Below are positions 8,165 to 17,284 of a DNA stretch of 64,000 bases, in pieces. Position 1 is the stretch's first letter. The number at the start of each line of letters is the position of its first letter. The position numbers and the translations under genes are program-made. Source of the DNA: an uncultured Gammaproteobacteria bacterium (GTDB taxonomy: Bacteria > Patescibacteriota > Microgenomatia > Levybacterales > GWA1-39-11); assembly GCA_964409875.1 (NCBI GenBank), contig CAYPEN010000003.1:128557-192556 (forward strand), written 5' to 3'. The notes under the pieces are model-generated. The model searched no databases. It was not told the DNA's origin and was given only the letters and a program-made list of their open reading frames with translations.

Positions 8165-8257
8165 GCGTTTTTAAAACAACCAGCGTATATGAATATATAC
8201 GCTACAAATATCATTAACAGACCAGAAATGGTCTGTTAATGTGTAGAAAGCCCCTGT

Positions 8258-8286
8258 TTGACAAATGCAAATAATTTGCATATACT
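8258..8286 (+). promoter_or_regulatory. sigma70-like promoter (TTGACA-N17-TATACT) with an embedded perfect palindrome ATGCAAATAATTTGCAT, a candidate Zur/Fur box
   Basis: The -35 is at 8258-8263 and the -10 at 8281-8286. The 17-bp palindrome at 8265-8281 fills the spacer, 15 bp upstream of the Fur-family gene. Confidence 0.55.
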
Positions 8287-8295
8287 TCTTACAAT

Positions 8296-8706
8296 ATGAA
8301 TTTCCAGAAAGAATTAATACGCAATAAGGGTCTTCGTGTCACACCTGCGCGAGTTGCGGTATTAAATGTTCTTTCGGATTCAAAGCAACCTCTGGATATT
8401 TCTTCAATTTGGGATGAGCTGGTGCGTAAGAGAATCGATGCCGATCAAGCCACAATCTACAGGATTATAGAAAATTTCATACAAAAGGGTCTTATCTTGC
8501 GTCTTCAATTTCAGGAAAAAAAGTTCTTTTATGAGGCAAAACGTGAGGAACATCATCATATCATGTGTACAAATTGCGGAAGAATAGAGGATGTTTCCAG
8601 GTGTAATATTAAACGCTTAGAGAACGAAATTGAAAAAAACTCGGGTTTTACGGTGAATAGTCACTCACTTGAATTTTTCGGGGTCTGCAAAGGCTGTAGA
8701 CAATAA
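8296..8706 (+). CDS. zur: Fur-family metalloregulator, probably Zur
   Basis: N-terminal winged helix (TPARVAVLNVL), an HHH..C..C metal site and C-terminal CxxC. Adjacent to a ZIP zinc transporter. Confidence 0.75.
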   Translation: MNFQKELIRNKGLRVTPARVAVLNVLSDSKQPLDISSIWDELVRKRIDADQATIYRIIENFIQKGLILRLQFQEKKFFYEAKREEHHHIMCTNCGRIEDVSRCNIKRLENEIEKNSGFTVNSHSLEFFGVCKGCRQ

Positions 8707-8707
8707 T

Positions 8708-9439
8708 ATGGAAATACTACTATTTTCATTCTTAACATTTATTTCTACAACGCTAGGTGGCTTTTTTGCTTTGAAAAACAGACGCAAACTGCACTTTATA
8801 ATGAGTTTTACTGCCGGAGTTCTTATCGCCGTTTGCTTTTTTGACATTCTCCCAGAGCTTTTTTCCATACTTGCAATTAATAAGCTCGATCCAACCCCTT
8901 CACTCATAGCGCTTGTTACCGGGTTTTTAGCAATACATATATTGGAAAAAGTTGCGGTAATACATGCGGGGCATGAAGAAGAATATGCCGTACACGATCA
9001 CCGGCATCCGACAGTAGGGATAATTGGTGCGACTGGACTTACTTTTCACAGTCTTATGGACGGCATAGGTATTGGACTCGGATTTCATGTCAACCCGCAT
9101 GTCGGTTTTATTATTGCACTTGCTGTTATAGCGCATGATTTTTCAGACGGGCTTAATGCAGTGACTCTTATGCTTGTCAATAAGAACACAACGAAAAAAG
9201 CGCTCTTATTCCTCTTTTTTGATGCTTTAGCACCTATCCTTGGTGCTTTTGCCACGTTTCTTATTGTTATTCCTAGTGCGGTACTCAATTTGTATCTTGG
9301 ATTCTTTGCCGGATTCCTTCTGTATATTGGGGCAAGCGATTTACTTCCGGAAGCACACAGCAAACACAGCTCCTGGAAAATGCTTGTTTTGACCGTTCTT
9401 GGAGTTCTATTTATTTTCTTAGTAACCCGTTTTACATAA
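8708..9439 (+). CDS. zupT: ZIP-family zinc transporter
   Basis: Multi-TM protein with the HSLMDGIGIGLGF signature and a His-rich loop. Start taken at the Met immediately after the zur stop. Confidence 0.75.
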   Translation: MEILLFSFLTFISTTLGGFFALKNRRKLHFIMSFTAGVLIAVCFFDILPELFSILAINKLDPTPSLIALVTGFLAIHILEKVAVIHAGHEEEYAVHDHRHPTVGIIGATGLTFHSLMDGIGIGLGFHVNPHVGFIIALAVIAHDFSDGLNAVTLMLVNKNTTKKALLFLFFDALAPILGAFATFLIVIPSAVLNLYLGFFAGFLLYIGASDLLPEAHSKHSSWKMLVLTVLGVLFIFLVTRFT

Positions 9440-9478
9440 TAGTTTGAAAGTTAAAAGCGTGTACCCTACAATTCAATT

Positions 9479-10402
9479 ATGAAAAAACTTTGGATATTTG
9501 TAGTGCTTGTTTTGTCTATTGTGGGCTTCGTAGGCTTAACAACTCAGGGCAGGCAACTTTTTGACAAGATAATATATTATTCTCCGTGCGATACACCGAT
9601 AACATATTCCATAGGGACAATTGATAAAAGGTTCAATGTTACCCCCGAAGAACTTCTGACGGATGCAAAAGCTGCAACAAACATCTGGAATGCAACGCAA
9701 AATAAGCAACTTTTCGTATATGATCCAACATCAACATTCACAATAAATATGGTGTATGACTCAAGGCAGGCATTAACAAGTGAAATAACAAAGCTCAATA
9801 GTGACCTCAAACAAAAGCAAGGCGATATCGACCCCAAAATTGCCGCTTTCAAGAAAAAACAGCAGGATTTTGAAGCAAAAGTTAATGATCTCAATAAACA
9901 AGTTCAATATTGGAATAGCCGCGGAGGAGCGCCAAAGGAAGAGTACGATAAGCTTATCTCCCAACAAAAAGCACTTCAGGCAGAAGCCGGGAGTCTTAAT
10001 GAAGAAGCTCAGAGCTTGGGTCAATCTACTCAGGAATACAATTTGAATGCTCAGAAGTTGAACCAAACAATAGATAATTACAAGCAGGTTCTGCAGTATA
10101 GACCAGAGGAGGGGCTTTATGAGCAAGAAGGGGCGAAGCGGAAAATCAGTATTTATATTGACATTTCAAAAGATGAGTTTTTGCACACGCTGACGCATGA
10201 ATTCGGACATGCCTTGGGACTTGACCACAATAATGACGAAAAGTCCATTATGTATCCGCAGACAACAACAATACTTACGCCAACTAGTACCGAAATTGCT
10301 GAATTAAGTAATATATGTAAAAAAAGGACGGTATTTGAGGTGGCTGTTATGAGAATAAAAGAATTAATGCAAATACTTCAGGAGCGGATGAAAACTCAAT
10401 AA
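9479..10402 (+). CDS. matrixin/metzincin-like zinc metalloprotease with a coiled-coil insert
   Basis: Signal/TM N-terminus and the HEFGHALGLDH (HExxHxxGxxH) zinc-binding motif. A Gln/Lys-rich coiled-coil region of about 120 aa is inserted in the middle. Confidence 0.65.
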   Translation: MKKLWIFVVLVLSIVGFVGLTTQGRQLFDKIIYYSPCDTPITYSIGTIDKRFNVTPEELLTDAKAATNIWNATQNKQLFVYDPTSTFTINMVYDSRQALTSEITKLNSDLKQKQGDIDPKIAAFKKKQQDFEAKVNDLNKQVQYWNSRGGAPKEEYDKLISQQKALQAEAGSLNEEAQSLGQSTQEYNLNAQKLNQTIDNYKQVLQYRPEEGLYEQEGAKRKISIYIDISKDEFLHTLTHEFGHALGLDHNNDEKSIMYPQTTTILTPTSTEIAELSNICKKRTVFEVAVMRIKELMQILQERMKTQ

Positions 10403-10408
10403 AAAAAA

Positions 10409-10915
10409 TTAGTTGACGGTGAGTTTACCCGTCATACCCATTGCCCGGTGATTGCCGACAGAACAGTAGTATTCAAAAGTTCCCTTTTTGCCGGCAACAA
10501 ATTGAATTTCCTCTGTTTGGCCAGTGGGAAGAGTTTTTGATTTTACGTTGAATTCGTCGAGAACAAAGTCATGAAATCCCTGGCTGTTTTTGAATGTAAT
10601 TTTTACCATGTCTCCCTCATTGACACTCATTGTATTGGGCGCAAATTTGAAGTTGGAAGCGTCAATCTCGAAAGTTTTTACTGTTCCTTCAGCCTTTTCC
10701 TCAGCTTTTGAACCTTCCTGCATTGCAGCTGATGGCGACGGTTGCATGGTTTGAGATTGGGTAGGAGTAACTGTTTGAGCTGCTTTTTTAGCGTTCTTCC
10801 GGTAGACAAAAAGCACAACTCCAAGAAGAACGATTACTAAAAGGATTATTCCTCCTATCATCATGGGGGACATGCCTTTTTTTGCGGAGGTTGCTTCTGT
10901 GTTTTCCATTTCCAT
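10409..10915 (-). CDS. membrane-anchored cupredoxin (plastocyanin/azurin-like blue copper protein)
   Basis: C-terminal YYCSVGNHRAMGM supplies Cys/His/Met copper ligands, with an upstream His. N-terminal TM anchor. Start is uncertain (alternative Mets up to 10945). Confidence 0.6.
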   Translation of the reverse strand: MEMENTEATSAKKGMSPMMIGGIILLVIVLLGVVLFVYRKNAKKAAQTVTPTQSQTMQPSPSAAMQEGSKAEEKAEGTVKTFEIDASNFKFAPNTMSVNEGDMVKITFKNSQGFHDFVLDEFNVKSKTLPTGQTEEIQFVAGKKGTFEYYCSVGNHRAMGMTGKLTVN

Positions 10916-11151
10916 TACTATGCCACCCACGGCAGGTAAAGTCAAGAAGTTTCATTAAGGATACTGTGGACCTTAGGGTATTCGATCCACGCTAAGCGTG
11001 GTTGCGATAGCAATAAGTTCACCTTTTGGGCATTGTTGTGGACCCGAGGAGAATAAGAACCGTTCGCTTTGCTCAGAACCTTGCCCTTTGCTTTGCAAAG
11101 GGTCGTGCCCTCTCTCGATTATATGCATTCTACTCTTTGCACAATGAAATG

Positions 11152-11223
11152 TGGACCGGAAGAGATTTGAACTCTCAACCCCTTCCATGCCATGGAAGTG
11201 CGCTACCATTGCGCTACCGGCCC
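11152..11223 (-). tRNA. tRNA-Ala (anticodon GGC)
   Basis: The reverse complement folds with the G3:U70 Ala identity pair, anticodon loop ATGGCAT, T loop TTCAAAT and discriminator A. No CCA. Confidence 0.7.
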
Positions 11224-11331
11224 AATTATTGTGCAAAAAGCAAGCTTTGCTTACCGGTGAACTACGGGCCCTCGTATTGTTCAAACATTTTACTAAACTT
11301 ACTGCTTGTTTTGAAGTGTTAGAATAGACTC

Positions 11332-12531
11332 ATGCAAATCCCCTTGGCAGAGAGGCTAAGACCCAGAACGCTTGACGAGTTTATCGGGCAAGAGCACTTG
11401 GTTGGAAAAGGAAAGCCAATTCGAACGATGGTTGAGAAGGGGCAGGTTTTTTCGATGATATTTTGGGGACCACCGGGTTGCGGTAAAACGACATTGGCAA
11501 CTGTGATTGCAAATTCCATCGACGCTGAGTTCATTTTCTTCTCCGCAGTGACGTCGGGAGTTGCTGATGTCAGAAATGTTATAAAGCACGCCAGAGCTTT
11601 AAAGGAAGAGAAAGGGAAAACGACCGTTCTTTTCGTCGATGAAATTCACCGGTTCAATAAGGCACAGCAGGATGCATTTTTGCCGCACGTTGAAGATGGC
11701 ACTATTCTTCTTATTGGCGCTACGACCGAAAATCCGGGTTTTCGGGTCAATGCACCACTTTTGTCCCGCTCCCAGTTGTTTGTTCTAAAGCCCCTTAATG
11801 ATGGTGATATCGAAAAGGTGGTAAAACACGCCCTGTCACTTTTTCCGAAGGTCAAAGCAACTGATGAGGCAATTTCGCATATAGTCAAATATTCTAATGG
11901 GGATGCAAGGTTTGCTATCAATGCGGTTGAGGTTGCAGTTTCTCTTTCCAAGAAGCTGGATATTAAAACCGCTGAAGATGCGATGCAAAGGCGAGCAGTT
12001 TATTATGATAAAAAAGGGGATTATCACTACGACACAATTTCTGCCTTCATAAAATCTATGCGTGGAAATGACCCTGACGCGACGCTTCATTATTTAGCCA
12101 GAATGCTAAAGGCGGGGGAGGACCCAATGTTTATTGCGCGCCGTCTCGTTATATTTGCGTCTGAAGACATAGGAAACGCCCAGCCGACAGCTTTGGTGGT
12201 TGCAACAAGCGCAATGCAAGCCGTTCATATGATTGGGCTCCCAGAAGCACAGCTCATCCTAGCCCAAACTGCAACTTTTCTTGCCACCGCCAAAAAAAGT
12301 ATCACCTCAACTGAAGGGCTGTTCTCAGCACTTAATGACATTGAAATAGAGAATCTTCCGGCAATTCCCCTACATTTAAGAAATGCCTCCAATAAAGTAA
12401 TGAAAAATTTAGGGTACGGAGAAGGGCATGTGAGATATGCATGGAGAGAGGAGAAGGCAGGTAAAAAAGTGGAGCAGGAATATTTACCAAAAGAACTCAA
12501 GGGGAAAAAGTACTACCGTCGAGACTGGTAA
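11332..12531 (+). CDS. rarA: replication-associated recombination protein A (AAA+ ATPase)
   Basis: Walker A GPPGCGKTTLA, DEIHRFNKAQQD and a MgsA/RarA C-terminal domain. Confidence 0.85.
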   Translation: MQIPLAERLRPRTLDEFIGQEHLVGKGKPIRTMVEKGQVFSMIFWGPPGCGKTTLATVIANSIDAEFIFFSAVTSGVADVRNVIKHARALKEEKGKTTVLFVDEIHRFNKAQQDAFLPHVEDGTILLIGATTENPGFRVNAPLLSRSQLFVLKPLNDGDIEKVVKHALSLFPKVKATDEAISHIVKYSNGDARFAINAVEVAVSLSKKLDIKTAEDAMQRRAVYYDKKGDYHYDTISAFIKSMRGNDPDATLHYLARMLKAGEDPMFIARRLVIFASEDIGNAQPTALVVATSAMQAVHMIGLPEAQLILAQTATFLATAKKSITSTEGLFSALNDIEIENLPAIPLHLRNASNKVMKNLGYGEGHVRYAWREEKAGKKVEQEYLPKELKGKKYYRRDW

Positions 12532-12535
12532 GTAG

Positions 12536-12590
12536 AGCTTGCCAGTTCCCGACCGGTAAGCAGAGCTTGCCAGTTTCCGACTGGTAAGTA
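12536..12590. repeat. tandem 28-bp repeat AGAGCTTGCCAGTT(C/T)CCGAC(C/T)GGTAAG x2, a member of a dispersed ACCGGTAAG/AGCTTGC repeat family
   Basis: Related copies at 6808-6830, 6861-6900 and 11236-11262. Confidence 0.5.
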
Positions 12591-12616
12591 TTCCATTTTT
12601 TCGCTACACTTAAAAA

Positions 12617-13513
12617 ATGTTCGGTGTCAGAATTCTTCAGATTATTTGTGGTCTTCTGCTTTTGGCGATTATTGCATACGTCGGTATCAGCATTTATATC
12701 GCCTCTGTTTTGACAGTTCCAGGCAAGAGTCCGGTTACATATGACAAAACAAATATCGGCCGGGGAGCAGATGTCGTTTTCCGCTCAAAAGATAATTACC
12801 AGCTTGCCGGGTGGTTTTTTCCCGGTACAAATGGCAAAGCCATACTGTTTGTCCATGGTGCAGGAAACCAAAATAGGGCAAATGAGGTATATGGGACGCC
12901 TGAGATAGCTAAATATTTTCTGGATTTAGGATATACGATTTTACTTTTTGATCTTCGGGGAACAGGGGAGTCACAATATTCCAGGATAAGCTTTGGGCAA
13001 TACGAGAGGAATGATGTTGCCGGAGCTTTTGAGTATTTGGTATCCCAAGAATATAAACCGCAAAGTATTGGTATTATTAGCGATTCTTTGGGAGCAATTG
13101 CGACGATAATGGCTTCAGATGAAATTAAAGACGCAGGAGGAATTGTGCTTGATAGCCCTGCTTCTGTTGTCAGGCCGGTAGTGTCAGACATTATGGTAAA
13201 AGAGCATAATGTGCCGTTGTTCCTCCATCCTGGTATTTATTTTGCAGCAAAAACGCTTTACAAAATTGATGTAGACTTTGTGCGTCCTATTGATTACATA
13301 GCTTCACAGAAAGAGACTCCGTTACTTTTCTTGCACGGCACGAATGATACGCTTATTCCTCCTCATAATAGCGAAGAATTGCTTGCTCGCGTGAATAAAG
13401 GAGAGCGGGTGCTTTTCCCTGGCGCAAAGCACGTTGAAACATTCAAAACAAATGCAGATTTGTATAAAAAAACAGTATCGGATTTTTTTGAGAAAAATCT
13501 TAAATCTAACTAA
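12617..13513 (+). CDS. alpha/beta-hydrolase-fold protein (membrane-anchored)
   Basis: N-terminal TM, HGAGN oxyanion region, nucleophile-elbow-like SDSLG, and a C-terminal Asp/His. Confidence 0.55.
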   Translation: MFGVRILQIICGLLLLAIIAYVGISIYIASVLTVPGKSPVTYDKTNIGRGADVVFRSKDNYQLAGWFFPGTNGKAILFVHGAGNQNRANEVYGTPEIAKYFLDLGYTILLFDLRGTGESQYSRISFGQYERNDVAGAFEYLVSQEYKPQSIGIISDSLGAIATIMASDEIKDAGGIVLDSPASVVRPVVSDIMVKEHNVPLFLHPGIYFAAKTLYKIDVDFVRPIDYIASQKETPLLFLHGTNDTLIPPHNSEELLARVNKGERVLFPGAKHVETFKTNADLYKKTVSDFFEKNLKSN

Positions 13514-13559
13514 TAATTAATAACTATTAACTATAATCTACTAACTATTAAACTAATCT

Positions 13560-14135
13560 ATGACCGGAAGAACGCATGATTTAGCAGCATTTACTGCAGT
13601 TTCATTTATAGTCGCAACTCAACCTGTTGCACACATGTCTCTTGCAACTGCATTTGTAGCATTTTCGGCCAATATGATAGGCGGTCTTACTCCTGACATT
13701 GACCAGCCTACCGGCGCTTTATGGCACAAAATGACACTGGGGACACTTTTTGGCAAACTGATTTCTCCGCTTTTTGGTGGGCACAGATTCATCTCCCATT
13801 CGATTTTGGGACTAATTCTTTTCGGCGTTTTGTCGAAGTTGTTTTTGATGCTTATTTCAGGAGTGCTTTTGGTAGATATGAACATTGTGTGGTGGGCATT
13901 TATGATAGGGGTTGTTTCTCATTTGGTAACTGACACATTTACCCATGATGGCGTTCCCTGGCTTTTTCCAATACCTCTTCATATAGGAATTCCACCACTA
14001 AAAGCATTGCGCTTCCACACCGGGGGCATAATTGAGAAGGGGATAGTATTTCCAGGACTAATTCTTCTTAATATGTGGATTTTTTACTCTCATCACCAGC
14101 ACATAATTGAGTTTTTGAAGATGGGAATAAAATAG
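13560..14135 (+). CDS. membrane-bound metal-dependent hydrolase (YdjM/DUF457-like)
   Basis: Polytopic protein with multiple conserved His/Asp (HDLAAF, HSILG, HLVTDTFTHDG). Confidence 0.45.
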   Translation: MTGRTHDLAAFTAVSFIVATQPVAHMSLATAFVAFSANMIGGLTPDIDQPTGALWHKMTLGTLFGKLISPLFGGHRFISHSILGLILFGVLSKLFLMLISGVLLVDMNIVWWAFMIGVVSHLVTDTFTHDGVPWLFPIPLHIGIPPLKALRFHTGGIIEKGIVFPGLILLNMWIFYSHHQHIIEFLKMGIK

Positions 14136-14149
14136 TTTCTGCTTTTTTG

Positions 14150-14230
14150 TGCCTGAGGCGGGACTCGAACCCGCATGAGTTGCCCCACACGCTCTTAAGG
14201 CGTGCGTGTATACCATTCCACCACTCAGGC
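14150..14230 (-). tRNA. tRNA-Leu (anticodon TAA), class II with long variable arm
   Basis: The reverse complement folds with acceptor GCCTGAG, anticodon loop CTTAAGA, a 13-nt variable arm and T arm GCGGG-TTCGAGT-CCCGC. No CCA. Confidence 0.75.
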
Positions 14231-14257
14231 TAGCTTCATGCATTATATCAGGGAAAA

Positions 14258-15259
14258 CTATCCGTGGGAAGGCGGGGAGACACCCTGACTTTTGAGGCTA
14301 TAGTCTAATAGTTCCATCATTTCTTGCCGTCTGTTTCCACTGTTTAATAATACTGCTATTATTTTATGTCCTTGATAATCCAAATATGTAATAAGGCACA
14401 TTCCCGCTTCGTCAGTAAAACCGGTTTTTACCCCTTTGACTCCAGGGTAGGTTGTTAAAAGATTTGTTTCATTGTAAAGAGTAAATGCTTTGTGTTCAGG
14501 GGTTTGTGGAATAGCATATTCATATGTTGCTGCAATTTTGGCAAATTCGTCTTTTTGCAGTGCATAGCGGGTCAAAACGAGTAGCTCTTTTACCGTACTG
14601 TATTGAACTCCGTCTCCCTGCAGTCCTGACGGATTGGAAAAACGGGTGTTTGTCAGCCCGAGGTCTTCAGCCTTTTTATTCATAAGGTGCAAGAAATCAC
14701 TCCTACCAAATTTACTTCCTTGAGCGATGGATTCAGCCGCATCATTTCCTGAGTTAAGAATTAGGCCGTAAAGTAGTTCTTCCAGCGGTAATTTTTCGCC
14801 CTCTGAAAGCCCCATTGAATCTTCTCCGATAGTAGCTGCCGATTTTGATACCGCTATCTTATCTGCCGGGTTCATGTTTTCAAGTGCAATAACTGCGGTC
14901 ATAATTTTTGTGAGGGATGCGATGGGTAATTTTTCATTGATGTTTTTATCATAGAGCATTGTATCTGTTGCCGTGTCGTAAGCTATGGCAGCTTTTGCAG
15001 TAAGTTCTGGTTTTTTTTGAGAAGAAACTGGTGCATTTAAATTGGGTTGCCAGAAGGCATTAGCCAATGCTTTATGCGTAAATACATCCGAGAGCATTTT
15101 TGGGAGCGGGGATACAATAGAACGGAGCGAGCCAAAACGGTACGAATGACTGTAGGTTGCAAAAGCTAAAATAAAATTTACACTCACAAGAAGCACGAAG
15201 AACCAAAGAAGGAATCTACCGAGAATTTTCATGCATTTTTTAGTATAGCAATATCGCAC
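14258..15259 (-). CDS. dacA: D-alanyl-D-alanine carboxypeptidase (peptidase S11, PBP5/6-like)
   Basis: SxxK (ASLTK) and SxN (SGND) motifs, with an N-terminal TM/signal. Confidence 0.75.
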   Translation of the reverse strand: MRYCYTKKCMKILGRFLLWFFVLLVSVNFILAFATYSHSYRFGSLRSIVSPLPKMLSDVFTHKALANAFWQPNLNAPVSSQKKPELTAKAAIAYDTATDTMLYDKNINEKLPIASLTKIMTAVIALENMNPADKIAVSKSAATIGEDSMGLSEGEKLPLEELLYGLILNSGNDAAESIAQGSKFGRSDFLHLMNKKAEDLGLTNTRFSNPSGLQGDGVQYSTVKELLVLTRYALQKDEFAKIAATYEYAIPQTPEHKAFTLYNETNLLTTYPGVKGVKTGFTDEAGMCLITYLDYQGHKIIAVLLNSGNRRQEMMELLDYSLKSQGVSPPSHG

Positions 15260-15295
15260 TTGAAATGAAATTCACTGTAACGGATAATAGTACCC

Positions 15296-15895
15296 ATGGC
15301 CGAGACTACCAATTATAAAAAACATGCCAACACAAATCCCATACAAAAGGCCTTAATAGGAAATTTCTATAAAAAGTTTTTTAAGATGATAAAACCGTTG
15401 CGGCCCGTATCCATTTTGGATGTGGGGTGCGGGGAAGGATTTACCTTAAAAAAGCTCGAAGAAAAAAAGATTGGGAAAAAAGCCGAAGGAATAGATTATT
15501 CATCGGATGCTATTAAAATAGGCAAAAAAATATATCCTGAATTAACGCTCTCAAAAGGGGATGTCTACGGATTAAAGTATCCCGATAACTCATTTGACCT
15601 TATCATTTGTACGGAAGTGCTTGAGCACCTTGATGACCCGGAAAAAGCAGTACAGGAAATGAAACGGGTAACTTCCAAGTATATTATCTTTTCAGTGCCT
15701 AATGAGCCATTCTTCATTATGGCCAATTTTTTACGCGGGAAATATTTAAAAAATTTTGGTAATCACCCGGAACACATAAACCACTGGACGATGTGGGGGT
15801 TTGAACGATTTTTGCGGTCTCAGGGCCTATCGGTTGTGAAAAGTAAGCATCCCTTTGCCTGGTCACTTGTTTTAGCAAAAAAACAACCCCGATAG
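15296..15895 (+). CDS. class I SAM-dependent methyltransferase
   Basis: ILDVGCGEGF glycine-rich SAM motif (motif I) and an acidic motif II. Confidence 0.65.
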   Translation: MAETTNYKKHANTNPIQKALIGNFYKKFFKMIKPLRPVSILDVGCGEGFTLKKLEEKKIGKKAEGIDYSSDAIKIGKKIYPELTLSKGDVYGLKYPDNSFDLIICTEVLEHLDDPEKAVQEMKRVTSKYIIFSVPNEPFFIMANFLRGKYLKNFGNHPEHINHWTMWGFERFLRSQGLSVVKSKHPFAWSLVLAKKQPR

Positions 15896-16208
15896 ACGGG
15901 GTTGTTAATCAAGGCAGCCCAAAACTAGTTTCATCATAAAGTCACTATCCCCCGGTGTCAACTATATAAAAACTATATACAGTATGTCTTTCTATATCAT
16001 GAAAATATTGACGCTTCACGGCAGAATTTGAAGCGAAAAAATGAGTACAAAATGTACAGGCAAAATCCTACAAGACTTTTCCTGTTGCAAATCTATTTTT
16101 ATGTTATAATGCAATTAGCTATAGAGGAATAGAAAGCCGCATTTAGCCCCAGATTACTATCGACACATATCTACATTTAATCCCAAATAGAAAGGTGGTG
16201 AACATTAC

Positions 16209-16571
16209 ATGACAAAACTTTACATTGGTAATTTACCTTATACAACAACAGAAGATGAGTTGAAGACCTTATTTGCAGACTACGGAGCAGTTCTTTCGGC
16301 TACACTTATAACCGATAGAGATTCCGGACGAAGCAAAGGATTCGGATTCGTTGAACTCGAGGATGATGCAAAAGCTCAAGAAGCAATTACTGCTCTTGAC
16401 AAGTCAGCCCTTGGGGATAGAACAATTTTTGTTTCAGTAGCTAGACCTCGTGAGGAAAGACCTCAAGGAGGAGGATACGGAGGCGGAAGAGGAGGATTTG
16501 ACAGACGCGGAGGCGGAGGAAGAGGAGGAAGAGACGACAGACGCGGCGGAGGAGACTGGAACAGAAATTAA
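16209..16571 (+). CDS. RRM-type RNA-binding protein with Gly/Arg-rich tail
   Basis: RNP-2 LYIGNL and RNP-1 KGFGFVEL. C-terminal RGG repeats. Extended -10 promoter (TGtTATAAT) at about 16100-16111. Confidence 0.8.
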   Translation: MTKLYIGNLPYTTTEDELKTLFADYGAVLSATLITDRDSGRSKGFGFVELEDDAKAQEAITALDKSALGDRTIFVSVARPREERPQGGGYGGGRGGFDRRGGGGRGGRDDRRGGGDWNRN

Positions 16572-16586
16572 TTAAAGTACCGCAGT

Positions 16587-16698
16587 GTGTTTGGATATTG
16601 TGCTGAAGTAATTCAGCGAAAGGTTCTGAAAGCTAGGGTGCTCTGCACGCTGGAAATCCTCAGAACGATATTCATTCGCCTGCGGTATTTTTTTTGAA
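16587..16698 (+). terminator. long-range stem ACCGCAG...CTGCGGT followed by a T8 tract, a candidate terminator/structured 3' UTR
   Basis: Complementary heptamers at 16587-16593 and 16679-16685, then TTTTTTTT. Confidence 0.35.
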
Positions 16699-16709
16699 AA
16701 AAAATAAAG

Positions 16710-17201
16710 CTAGACTGCTTTTTTGCGGAGTTTTGCGACGTAAACTATTTCCTGAATCGTGCCATCCTCAGCTTCAAAATAGTTTTGACCCGAGGTTTGA
16801 GCGTATTCTTGGATATAATTTGATAATTCGTCTTTTGTGTCGGCTAGATTTTCCTTTAACTCATTTAGTTTTTCAACTACGTGCTTTACATCCGGTCTTT
16901 TGAATATCTCCTTTTTTGTATTTCCTTTAACCCGCGCTGCCTCTTTTGCTTTTTCGGCATGGTCCTTATATGTAGCATCATTTTCCAAAACATTGTCTAC
17001 CATTTCTTTGTGTTTTGCTATCTCCTTTTCAATGTTTGAGATTTCTGTAAGATTTGAATTGATTAGGTTTGTGAGCGAAACTACGAGTTCTGCTTGGGTT
17101 TGGGGTTGTGGTGTAACCTGTGTTTCTTCCTGTGCAGTAATTGCAAGTTCACCTTCTACTACGGGTGTTTCTTGCAGCGAATTATCATCCATGAGTAACA
17201 A
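16710..17201 (-). CDS. hypothetical coiled-coil protein
   Basis: 163 aa, Glu/Lys-rich and predicted helical. No motif recognised. Confidence 0.4.
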   Translation of the reverse strand: MLLMDDNSLQETPVVEGELAITAQEETQVTPQPQTQAELVVSLTNLINSNLTEISNIEKEIAKHKEMVDNVLENDATYKDHAEKAKEAARVKGNTKKEIFKRPDVKHVVEKLNELKENLADTKDELSNYIQEYAQTSGQNYFEAEDGTIQEIVYVAKLRKKAV

Positions 17202-17284
17202 TATATATTAGGAGCCCATTCTCAGTCAAGAGGGGAAACGCCAGATTTAGGTTTTGAATGTATTTTGAGGTATAATGTAAGGGT

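Noticed and set aside
10946-11322. ORFs 10973-11284(-) and 11026-11322(+). A possible tmRNA or other large ncRNA between the cupredoxin gene and tRNA-Ala was also considered.
   Set aside because: The ORFs overlap tRNA-Ala. The 200-nt gap is too short for tmRNA or RNase P and has no tag-peptide frame or tRNA-like 3' end. It is kept only as a possible structured leader.
14058-14243. ORF 14058-14243(-)
   Set aside because: It overlaps tRNA-Leu(TAA).
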